From NCBI RefSeq assembly GCF_910592395.1, contig NC_088308.1, forward strand, positions 2,170,001-2,234,000: a stretch of 64,000 bases of DNA. The letters are read 5' to 3'. Positions 52,901 through 64,000 of the stretch are shown here, piece after piece. The DNA is from Lineus longissimus. Taxonomy: Eukaryota. The position numbers and the translations under genes were made by a program. The stretch's first letter is position 1. The number at the start of each line of letters is the position of its first letter. Below the pieces are notes generated by a model, which was given only the letters and a program-made list of their open reading frames with translations, ran no database searches and had not been told where the DNA came from.

Positions 52901-55900
52901 AGGAATATGTCTGTGTGTACATTGCTGCAGTCAGTTGCCCAGATTGCTACGGCTGCAGCTATGGTATCTGCTAATGCCGAGATCGAAGGCATAATTGGGT
53001 GAATACCTTGGGTGATATTTCCCGGCTCGATCAGCCAGTAGCCTTCCTATAAACAGTCTGGCAGTAACATGGTATGTGGCTACGCAGTATTCATGCTCTC
53101 TGGTTCTACTCAGTTTTTTCTACTATGAATTTCCCTCAGAAAGAAAAAAGGTTGTAAAAATATCAAGTGAGAGAATATTGAGCCAGATACCACAGACTCA
53201 TGTTCATGTATAGTATTTGGCATCAATTTGGGATGCAGGTACAAATATGCACTGTGCAGTATTCATATTGCTGGTTTTACTTTTAAATAGGCTGATAGTA
53301 ATTTTCAGTGAGTAGCCAGATTGGAGCCAGATTATATCATTGTGAACTGAAATTTCACTGGTCTCGACTTCATGTAACTTCATTCGTGTCTTTACACAGT
53401 TGTCCATTACATCACAAAATACAAGCTCAAATGTAGATCAAAATGTCAGAAATACGCCCCTCCTTTTTGAGCCACTTCCATTCTGACCCCGCCATTCGCG
53501 CAGATGATTGATTTTTCTGTATGTGTCTTTCATATATTTTATACGCATTATAATAATTTCTATATCTGAGAAAATGTATCTGGATATGAAATTATAAAGC
53601 AAGGTCTCTGCAACTTTTAACAACTATCAAAATATTTTACTCCAAAAATTAGTGATTTCATATTTCTTCTTACTATTCAGCACTAGAGCAGTGTATTTTC
53701 ATCAGGTTTTCTCATTCAATATTATCTAAACAAAATAGCTTCATTTTTACATAAATATTTGATTCATTTTCATATGTTACTACTCATTTTGAAGTATAAC
53801 TTACCTCCAATGTGACCCTGTTAGTTTTTGCTGTGCACCTGAATTTTTCAAGACAGATTTTTTTCAAAGAATCTTTTATACTTATCTTGTGCATTGAAAA
53901 TGATCAATTAAATGAGTTTATTAGATTTTATCACCTGATTTTATTAATGTTAAGAAAGGAGATGTTTGGGGAAACGAAATGATTTGTTTACAGTATCTTT
54001 GGATTCTTGCGTGTATTGAGATGATGATATGACCAAATGTCCATCAGCAGGCATGGGTTAGATCAGATACATGTGTCTAATTGGGGGATTTCATGGCAGA
54101 TCAGTTCTGTTTGCTGTTCGATTTTCTGAATACATACTTATATTAGCGGCTTCAGAAATCATTGGAAGAGTGTGTGGTGACCTGATAGGGTAAATTACAA
54201 GTCAGCCAGTTTCTAGGTGTTTCAGGGAGAGGAACAACAGATGGGGTCGAATGGTGAATTGGGGAAAAAGATACCACCCTTGAGAAATATGGGTTCCTGG
54301 TGGTGTGGGTCAATTATAACTTTGACTATAATCAATTCATTGGTTATTTACAAAATTCACAATTTTATCATATCAGCTACCCTGGTATTGATTGATGACT
54401 CTCTCAGTAAAATCTTGATCTGGACTTTGAAAAGCAAGAGCATATGTACCAGTGGGAATATTTTCATGCTGGTTGTGTCATCTTGAGAGGTGGGGAAATG
54501 GGGATGGGGATATAGGGCTGAACTCTACTCTATGTGTTGGTATCATTTTCACAAGCTATATTGGATTGCTTAATGAAGATAAGTGGTTTTTGTGATCTAA
54601 ATAATGAAATACATACCGAGATGACGAAAGTTTGATTTTATTGATGTCTGAAGAAAATCATAAGATCTCACTCTTGCTGCATAATCTTGCTAAAGAATCT
54701 ATGATTTCTTCTATTGTGTTAGTATCTATGATATCATCAGAAGACTAATGGAAGCATGATATCTCCATTGATTGATCAGTTATAAGCTACTGATCAGATT
54801 GATATTTGTTATTGATTTTATTTACTCTTATTCAGCTGCCATTTTCTTTTATAAACAACTAGTGGCACACACATTATCATTATTAAGTTACATTGTATAT
54901 GATTAATATCAACATTTATTTTGATAGAGGCAAAAAGTAAACAATTGAGTTCGTCTTTTACTCAATTTGCCGCACATGGGCTATAATACGACTTGTACAA
55001 ATGTATAATTTGTCTGCTGACAGAACCCCCTATAAAAAAGATAGTGCTGGTTTTAGTGAGTACGGTACTATTGATAACCTATCTTGGATTCTGAAGTATC
55101 TATACCCATGTTTACAACTCGCATAACTCATTAGTTAGTGGCCTATAATGTATTCCTATAGTTCCTCTTGCAGTTTTTCGTCTCTCGTTTCTGTGTCATT
55201 CTCATTGACAGAAACCATGGCAAACATCAATTGGTCATGGTGTCCAAATGTCAAGGTGATCTGTTCATCTGTACCATACCAGCGGGTTCCAAATAAGCTT
55301 TGCTCTAGTTTTTCAAAAACTAGTGCTGAAAGACAAAAAAAAACACCATATGGCTCATACCATAGGTACTTGCTAGCATCCTTGATTTGGTTTCAGGGTA
55401 TGGTTATAAATAGACGAAGATTCCAAATGTATATGTAAAGTTTTCACTTTTTATGCCACCTTGAGACTCACTATGTATTTACTGCGGAATGATGGTGTGT
55501 GGTTGTTAAGCTCCAGCTTTTTGAAGTGTGGTGATGATATGTGGGTGTTGCTCATCCTTGAAATTGCAAGGTACAACTGAAGCTTATCATTAGCCGATAA
55601 GAATTTTTGAATTTGTAGCTTTTTGTTGAAAAATCTATTTGCCAAGTGCCTGAATTTTATAGGAATGCTGCTATACTGTGTCAGCACTGGGCAAAAAAAT
55701 GTGAAGGATATTAATGACGCGTGAAGAATGGATCTACCTTGGCAGTTTACCTCACAAAGTCTGTCCAATGATTGGCAAAATCAACTGTTTAATTCGCATG
55801 CATACGTGACTAGAAGTAATTTTGTGATCTAGGCCTACCATTTGACTGGGTGGGTGGTGGTGAGGTATAAATAAGAATGACTTTCACGTTTTCAGATAGA

Positions 55901-56879
55901 TCTACTAGAATTGCCATCAAAGAAGAACAGCTCACTTCATTTCTGCTCAAGACTTGAAAAAACCCGACTGGATCAGGAACCAAAAATGTGAAAGAATCGA
56001 ATCTCCAGACCAATGTTGGAGTAATATACTTTAATGCCTAAAGTGTATATATTTATATTATAATCTGTCTCATCCTCAACAGTTTAAGTACAGCGTCTAA
56101 TTACCTGCTAAAGTCAGCACGTCATTAAAAGAAAAATGTCATATAAAGCTATAATGATCAAAAGATGACAACACCCTGCTATAAACAGTGACAAACTGAT
56201 CGGCTTCACATCACCCCGCAGGAAAAAGGATAAAAAATTACATTAACAGCTCATCCTTTTAATGAATTCAATTTCGGATTTGATGTCATCCATTTTGAGT
56301 GGTTCTTAACCTTTGGCGATGATTTTCTCATTAACAATGTTTTATCGACAAGTAGCAAGCTATTTTTTTCATCCGTTCGTCTCATGTATGACATATAAAA
56401 ACATTCAGACAAACTGCTAATTAAACCCTGTAGCTTGTTAGGCATCATAGTTTGTCTGCTAAACAGGCTGGTCTATATCGACTTAAAGGGACTGTTACTC
56501 GGATTTTGTGATGGTTTTGCCAACCTGACAGGTGTGGCCATTATATAACGTGTTCATTACTTCGAGTGCTTCTGTGATTAAATCCCGCTTTGTCACCTCC
56601 ATATGAATTCCTCCCGACGATATGGACATATAAAAACAAGTCCAAAATGTAGATCAGAAACAAATTTCCTCACCGTGCAAGATGCAGTCAAAAATTCATT
56701 GGTCCCTTGTGTACAGATTACCTGTCATTTCATGCATCAGTTTTGGATGTTCTCTTTCTTATCAGTTGTAAGGTCAGTGACAAACTCATGCCTAGCCCCT
56801 ACCAATGTCTTTCTTCTTGTAATATTGTGATCTGATAGGAATATAACACCCTTTATTAGTTACGAATAAAGAAGTCTTG

Positions 56880-58250
56880 CCTATGGCACTGACGTTTGTA
56901 AGTCATACTTACGCATCGAATGTGGCAGCTTGAAATTTACATCGGTGACCTTATAAAAGTGAAAAGGGAGTATTATTATCATTATAAGAGATACAGCTAA
57001 TGGATGTAAGAATGATGAAGTTTTTCGAGTCTTGATGACAATGGCAATGCACCCTGATAATCAACCTTATAAAAAATCCAGCTGATACCGTCACCGACCA
57101 CAACATTGTTCTCCTTCTATCTCATCAAAAAGGTGAAAAAAATGAAGATTTCTGGTGGATTAGGCACTACCGTACTGGCAAAAATGATTGGCTCATGGTA
57201 AGAAAAGTTTTTCGGAAATAGATTTTTCGAGGCAGGCTATGCCCAGTTGTGCTCGCCTTTCTGAAGTCTTTTGGCCCTTTTTGCCCTTTAGCTGTAGATA
57301 GAACTATTTCAAAAACAGAAAAAATCTGAATCTGGTTCTGATTTCACCGGAGCCCCTTCTCCATTTTTGACATAATCGAATCTGAATGAAAAGAAACGCA
57401 GACAGCCAAATTGTTGTGTCAGTACATCAGATGAATAAACCATTCGCATGGTCGTACCTGATCATTGCCCCTTGTACTTACGGCTTGATGAATATTTTAT
57501 AAGAATGAGAGCAAGCCATTAAAGGTGTGTACCCTGGTCATGTACAACCTCCATGCTGGCCTTGGGCAGGCAAATTGGCAGTTTTGTCGTGTTCTGGCAA
57601 CATTTTCCAGGTTTCCGAAGAAAAAGACAGCAGTAGCAGTGTTCCTGATAAGTAAAGAAAAATTTGTGGCAAAGTTCATCCTTAAATATATTTATATTTA
57701 AGTTTGCTGCTTAGTGTTGAAAATTCAGTGACAAAGGTTATTGTAGCATGATGAAAAATTTAGAATTTAAAAATCTAACAGCACTGTTGAAATTTGTAGA
57801 CATTGTGTACCTGCAAAATTAAAATGTTCAGGTTTAACGATAAAGACTCTGTAGCTAAATGTGATACGCCCTGTATGTCTGGTGAATGCCGGTGGCATTT
57901 CATATGTTCTCAAACAAAAAATCTAGCGATTTGTCATTGCCCCTACTGTCATTAAAATTGTTGTAAATTTACGGTAAAAAATACTCCCAGGCTAGCCTCG
58001 GCAGATGTGCAGACATGAGATGAATAATCTATGGCACAGACTGGTACCGTTTGATCGCAGCCAGTCATTGCTCCCAGTATCGCTAGTTGGATGAATATTT
58101 CATTGGTACGAGAGTAAGCCATTAAAGATTTTTCTGTCTCCTAATCATGACGATGTACATCCGACAAGATGACCTTGGTCAGGGAAGAGGTTTTCAACTG
58201 TGGACATCTGAAATGTCGCTTCTCAAGTCAAGTACTGATTTCAGAGGCAA
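56880..58250 (-). mobile_element. Decayed RTE-like LINE RT relic with an internally duplicated segment
   Basis: Minus strand CSHSYKIFIK (SLLSHxYKIF-like, ~57485-57515; second copy ~58090-58125), KDFRKAS (DFxKAFD-like, ~57250-57270), VVGDGISWIF..YQG..LSS (~57030-57100). Confidence 0.5.
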
Positions 58251-58326
58251 GTGTTCACAGTGACATTATTGACAACTTCTTGTGTGATTTTGGTGAAATG
58301 TTGAAATGTTTCATTTTTTAGAGACG

Positions 58327-58414
58327 GTTCAAAATTCTGAAAAATTTTCAAAGTCAAAAAAGTTTTGGGACTGATGATGTTGCTTCAACAAAAACAAGTG
58401 AAAAAATATTTGGA
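58327..58414 (-). repeat. Inverted partial copy of the 4539-4830 repeat unit
   Basis: Reverse complement CAACATCATCAGTCCCAAAACTTTTTTGACTTTGAAAATTTTTCAGAATTTTGAAC nearly matches 4735-4790. Confidence 0.9.
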
Positions 58415-58419
58415 GACAT

Positions 58420-59950
58420 TACCTCCCGACCTTGAGCAATGCATCCTTTGTTTGTCACTTCTCTAATGAAACAAATACCTCATATATTGCAAGAAATACA
58501 GTGCTTTCAGAAAAAAAGAAATGCTGTTGGAAGAAAAGTAGTGTGCTAAATTCTTCGTGCATGTTTTTCCGTGCCGAGTTGTGAAGAAAAAATTAATTTC
58601 TTCCTGTGCAAATCGTGGAACCCAGGAAAGAAAAAATTGTGTTCATACAACACCCTCTTTCCGCTAGCTCAGTTATTAATTGTTCATGGTGTGTTATTGA
58701 CAGCCACTCCATCAGCTGACAATTATCGTGAAAAAATGACAGAAAAAAATGAATTGCCTGTCCCTACTGATGATGCCTGTGGCTTGAAAGCAGGGCATGG
58801 GAATAGGAAAAAATAAGGGGTTGCAGCAGGGGTCTTGCCGTTGAAACCTTTGGCATCCCCTGTCTCAAAAGATGTGCAATCATCTCGGGGCCATTTAACC
58901 TTTGGGGGATTGGCCTCAGAGAAGTCAGTGGAAGGTATCTTCAATGAAACTCGTTATAAATGGCAGTTTGACGGAAGAGGTAATACACTTACTGACCGGA
59001 CCCATGAGAAAAAGAATTGCTCAGCTGACCAACCAGCGAGACATTGCAGAATTGCCAGCACACCCATATGTCATTTTTTATCTGTAGAAAATGCAGCAAG
59101 ATTGCTTTGCAGATGGACCTGTCCTTATGGTGTATTCAAACTGTTTGAATATGAAATTCATGCACATGAGCAGGGGGTAACAACTCCTCTTGCCCTTCGT
59201 ATGTATGACAAGGGACGTGCTTCTATGTTGACGATCGCAACCACTTCTGATCAGCATTGCCAAACAGTATAGCTAGGTAATCAATACTAAAATGAACTGG
59301 TCAATCTAGTGATGGTCAGGTTCTCCTCAAGTGGCCATTTGGAGGCCATGGTCAGTAGGTGTGACTTGTTTGATAAGCTATTATATTGTTTGCTCTTGGA
59401 ACTGGTATCGCTAATGATCCTGGTAAGAAGTGGGGCATGGATGTTGATAAAGCATAAACAGAAAGATTTGGCGCCATCCTCAATGGTTGGCCACTGCAGC
59501 AATGAGAGGTGAAATGGAGAGTGGGAATGGCCTCTTTAGCTCAAATAGTACTTGTTAACCCAAATGTATAGCAAGATTTTGCCTCGTTGATGAGAAAGCA
59601 TTATTAATTCCTCTCTGTGAGATGTTAGGTGGTAGATGAGAAGCTGCGTACGGACGTTGTGAATAGAAGATTGGATCCTTGGTATGGCCAATTCAGGACA
59701 AAGATATGGTTTTGGAAAGGTGATGAACATGGAAATGAGCAATCCACCGAATGGGAGTTTCACCTCCAGCAGTCATTTGGACCTATCAGCCAAAAGGTCC
59801 AATTTGTTTTCGAAGCTTTTGCAACAAGTGAGTCACACATACAAATTATGCGATATCTTTTTTGGTAGGACCACATTCACAAGAAAAGTGGTCGTAGCTT
59901 GACATCCCTATACCGACATGAATACCCTGTCATGCCTGTGAGTCGTCAGT
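58420..59950 (+). mobile_element. Decayed Ty3/Gypsy pol relic (RT-RNaseH-integrase zinc-binding region)
   Basis: PVSKDVQSSRG, TPICHF...CPYGV and GVTTPLA (ORF 58835..59272), SGHLEAM (TDH-like), VDEKLRTDVV...G..RTK.WFWKG (integrase HHCC-region-like, ORF 59629..59868), DIFFG...VVVA. Confidence 0.6.
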
Positions 59951-60099
59951 AATAATGACAAAGGAAAACTGGTTTATTTTGGTTGAAGGAATTACTCCAA
60001 GGAAAGCAAGGATGTTTAAGAGTTCATCTTAACATTTCACTTGGGTTGTTGCTGAATATTTGGTGTGTTTTTTACAATCAATACATATCAAGTTTGATA

Positions 60100-61596
60100 T
60101 TAGCTATTCTTTAATCCATATCTCCATCATGGGAAGTCAATCTAACTGACAACTTGATATTTTTGGCCCAGGTCAAAATAAATGAAAAGTGTTATTTCAT
60201 AGTCACTGAAATGTATTATTTTGCACTTGGTGAATTACAGATGTCATGTCGTTTTAAAAGTGATGTTGATCCTGTTCCTGACCTCCGTGTGGTTGTATAA
60301 TATAACTTCCTAAGAAAAACATGGAAAGAACTGAATAAAAAACTAAGAGAAGGCACCATTACCGAAGAAAACATTACAGAAAAACTGGCAGATTCCTTTC
60401 ATAGTCATTCATATCCATCAGGTTTCTTTAGGGGAGAAACATCCTTTTTTCCAATCCCTTGTAATTAGCGAGGATCCCACAGACACTGTTTCCTTTCGTT
60501 GATTTCCATATCATTTGCAACTCCTTGGGAAGTAACTAAACTCTTGAGAAAGGAGCCATCCTGAAGGAAGAAAAAATGTGCAAAAAACCAGCAAATCCAC
60601 TCAGCAGTTGCTACTCCTAGTTGTTTTTACTGATGTAATATTGACAAAAAACTGAGTGTTCAGGCCCTAAGCAGTAAGTGCTATTCTTGTGGTATCCCTT
60701 GTCAATTCTGTGGGCCATGACAAAAAATAGTCTTGATATTGTTATCTCTCTTCCTTTGGGTGTCATAATGTGGTATTTAATATCCTTTGACTATTTGTTC
60801 TCATTTCCATCATGTTTTTATAATCTGATATCATACACATGGTCAATGAAGCAGTAGGCCCTTCATAAAGGGATTGAGTGGGTTAGGGGCTAGCAACAAA
60901 GAGCTTGCCACCTTCCCTGAGCAATTCCCAATTCTGCCTCCAAGCCTCTGAAGTCTTAACCATAAGGAATAAAATGTGACAGAAGTTGTTTTGAGCAACC
61001 TGGTCCTCTCAAAGCCTGTCTTGGAGGTCAGACTTTTCATCGAAGGACTATTGTCCAACCTGTCCTAAGGCAAAGTTCATTTCATCAATCGTTCATACAT
61101 TGCTTATGCATTAAGACAGGGATATCCCCTCAGGGGAATACGCCAGGACCGGAGGTACTTCTCTGTCGTATGATTGAAGTCTTCTGTTCATTGGATTTTG
61201 CCATGTTTTGTCCATTCGATACAAAAATCAATTGTCTTCGTTGAGACCTAAATAACTGTGGACTCTGTTCCCAGTGTGGTTTGCATATGATGAAAAAAAC
61301 ATTGAGTCAGTCTGGAAAAAACTTTACACTGTATGCTTGTCTGGCGTCATTCATCAAATAGCCATCAATACAAGTCAGATCGTCCTTTTATGGCATGGTT
61401 ATGATAAAGTCCGTTGAACTGCAGAATATTGCTTCTGCTGCCCACTCGAAACCACAGTAGTCTAATAAAAAAGGGCACACTCCTCCTTGACTTCTGCAGT
61501 TTGTCAAGAAATGTCTGAAGAACTATGTTTTTTGTGTTCTTCTTAAATTAGGGAAACAGGTACCTCATTGTAGATTCTGAGAGACCATACTACTGT

Positions 61597-61634
<38 letters not shown>

Positions 61635-62400
61635 TTCCTGTATTATTCCATGAGAAACCAGCTCATAGGGTTGTTTCGTCTAAGATTGTTCCTTCAAGGA
61701 AATGACCCATTCTGCGGATACTTTGTTAGAGATTATCTTCAGAAATGAAAAAACGCTTTATATTTTTGCCATACGGCACAAAAATCAATTGTCTGAGCTG
61801 CGTTAAGATCCATAGCTGTGCATGTTTAGACGGTTTCTTCTACACTCTGATCAAGATGGGGGAAAAGTCGTATTATTCTTGTATAAATTTGCATTGTCAG
61901 CAGCAGTGGCGGTTATCGTCAAATGAAAAATGGGTCCATTCTGTCTTGGTCATTCAATACAAAATCAATTGTCTTTGCCAAGTTCACGCCTTGTTTGTTT
62001 AGGAGCAAAAAGCATCCATATTCTGATGGGTTTTACGAGTGGATAGTTCTCGGTCTGCAGAATTTTGTTAAAAATGTACCAAGTGTCAATTTCTGAAGAG
62101 TTGTAACTGAATCCATTGTTATAATCAGTTGTTTTAGAAATGTGTGGCTTTTCACATTTGGCCAGGTTATCCTTATCTCCAATTGGGCCCAGTTATTTTT
62201 GCCGACCAATGCATATGATTACAGCATCTTGACCTATCATGTCTAAAATCCCTACACATCTTCTAAGAGCTGATAAAAGGGATGTTATGGTCTCACCAAA
62301 ATGGCACATGGTCATTCTACATTCCATGTTGCAATTAGGTAATTAGAACAGGTACAAATCTATGTCGACCATTCTGCATGAACAGGGTTAAGGCGTTTGC
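60100..62400 (-). mobile_element. Possible decayed RTE-like LINE relic
   Basis: Minus strand NTTF...TIDF (APE-like, ~61780-61880; ACAATTGATTTT also at ~61230 and ~61965) and LHIF...W..KGN...NYKGL (NYRGI-like, ~60455-60580). Confidence 0.35.
61597..61634. repeat. (TGA)12 microsatellite
   Basis: Perfect trinucleotide run. Confidence 0.98.
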
Positions 62401-64000
62401 CATGGATATCAGTCCTGCTTGATTTCAGATGAATTATTCATACAGTTCTCAAGGAAACCAAATAATATTAGGCAGATATTGAAGAAAAAAAAGTGGTGTG
62501 GTGGTACGTGACTAGGCTTGGGCTGACCATGCATCTTGGGTGTCGGTTCCTGGGCAGAGAGGTTTTAGCATGTCAAGTAGCACATGATATATTATGGCAA
62601 ACTGTGGTCTACCAGCCAGGGTGCTCAGTAGAAAATCTAGAAGAAGTAGAAAATTATTTTAATCGTTGCTTGTTTGTATGTAAAATGCATTGGAGACTGC
62701 CGAAGAAGTGCCAGCAGCATTTTGTTAAATAACTTTACTTTTTGGGGGAGGAGCTTCACAAGGTAAGTGTTCACCAACAAGGACTTTTTTAAAGCTAAAA
62801 TACAGTCCATCTTTATGAACATGACGAACAGCTAAAGAAGACTGTCACTGCCCTTTTGTCCCTATGATACAACACTTTTTCACTTAATAGAGTGGTAGAG
62901 CAAACACAACTCTCACAATAGGAAAAGTATTTCCATCTTTTGAAACACAAAGAGAACAGTTTTGGAAAAAGCTGACAGGGAGCAGCAAAGTTAATGGCAT
63001 CAGTCATGTTACAAAATGAAAACGGTCAAAAAAATTAGCATTCAGACCTGGCAGCGTCTTGGTTTCCTTGCTTTTTCTTGCCTATGAAAAGGGATGCATC
63101 CGAGGAAAAAAATGTCCCTGGCTAAAAGGATGATTACTCTGTCTTCATTGGTTTGAAGAATTACCTCCATGGTTTTTTTGTACATATAAGATTTACCATC
63201 GTTGGCATTAGGGATCACAGAAACGGATTTCTTTCAAGATTTCTGTAAGCCTATAAAGTAAAATAAGCATAATGAAGCATAAAGCTGTATAGGAAACTTT
63301 GCCAACATCATTTGTGATCATATTTTTATCGGAAAATTTGTGAAAAGACTAGGTGTCAGACGCACATATACGATCTTTTTCAAAGGATTTTGCTTTTTCG
63401 AGAGGTAGGGTCTGAAGAGATGACAATTGAGACTCGAGTTGGCATAAATATGTTCCTAAAGCTCTTGGAAACTAATAGAAAGGATGATGGGGAAGCCGAG
63501 GGGCGAGCAAAGAAAAGGGTATGCTAGATTAAAAATCAGCTGTATATACTATTCAATTGCTTGGCAACATTTTTTTTCTTTAAGTAAACTACATGTAATG
63601 CTTCTTGATGGGAATCTGAAAAAGATGTGGGTAGGCCATTATGAGCCATATATATACTCTTTAAGTTTATCATTCTAAGACCGTTTACTCAGTTTTCAAG
63701 TGGACCCCAAAATATGCACATGATTGTTTCTTGATGTTGTCCATTCATCATGTTCAGTTTGTTAGACGGTTAACTTGATAAGATGCAAAAACCATGGTGG
63801 TCAAGATTCATGAATTGATGTAATTATCAAATCCATTTATTCTCCAGACATCTGAAAAAACACAGGGCAATATCCTTTGGTTGGTCTCCACGGGGCCATC
63901 AATGACCAGCAATCTCAATGTTAGTCAATGCTAATCTTGACCACCACTTGTCACTTCCTTAAGAAACCAGAGCTAAAAATACAAGATAAATGTTATCAAC

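Noticed and set aside
56482..56510. TTAAAGGGACTG Kolobok-like terminus
   Set aside because: No matching opposite terminus found in the window.
4735..58414. Giant transposon or Polinton bounded by the inverted repeat pair
   Set aside because: The match is an internal tandem unit, no TSD is visible and no polB, integrase or transposase ORFs lie between the copies.
58755..58797. Hammerhead-like GTC..CTGATGA..GCC/GGC..GAAA
   Set aside because: Stem I cannot form (4 nt), stems II and III are out of register, and it lies within the Gypsy pol relic.

Overview
This is AT-rich, CpG-poor eukaryotic DNA, almost certainly from an invertebrate animal. I can support no intact protein-coding gene, rRNA, tRNA gene or CRISPR array. 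The ORF track is mostly noise or fragments and antisense shadows of decayed retroelements. Much of the window is a graveyard of old, frameshifted non-LTR (APE endonuclease + RT) and Gypsy-type pol relics, recognised only by eye from degenerate motifs. Younger material sits among them: a TIR MITE (25735-26486), Helentron/HINE-like ends, a tRNA-derived SINE, a 151-bp tandem array and a ~38-copy 52-53-bp minisatellite that appears to have expanded inside a LINE RT relic. There is also a probable BTB-BACK pseudogene. The most interesting signal is three + strand sites where a polypyrimidine tract and YAG are followed immediately by a strong 5' splice site (24902/3, 40210/11, 46903/4), the signature of recursive-splicing ratchet points. 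Together with an antisense bias of retroelement relics and several TE-free, motif-rich islands, this suggests (by inference only) a giant + strand intron of a regulated gene. Relic boundaries are approximate and no database search was possible.
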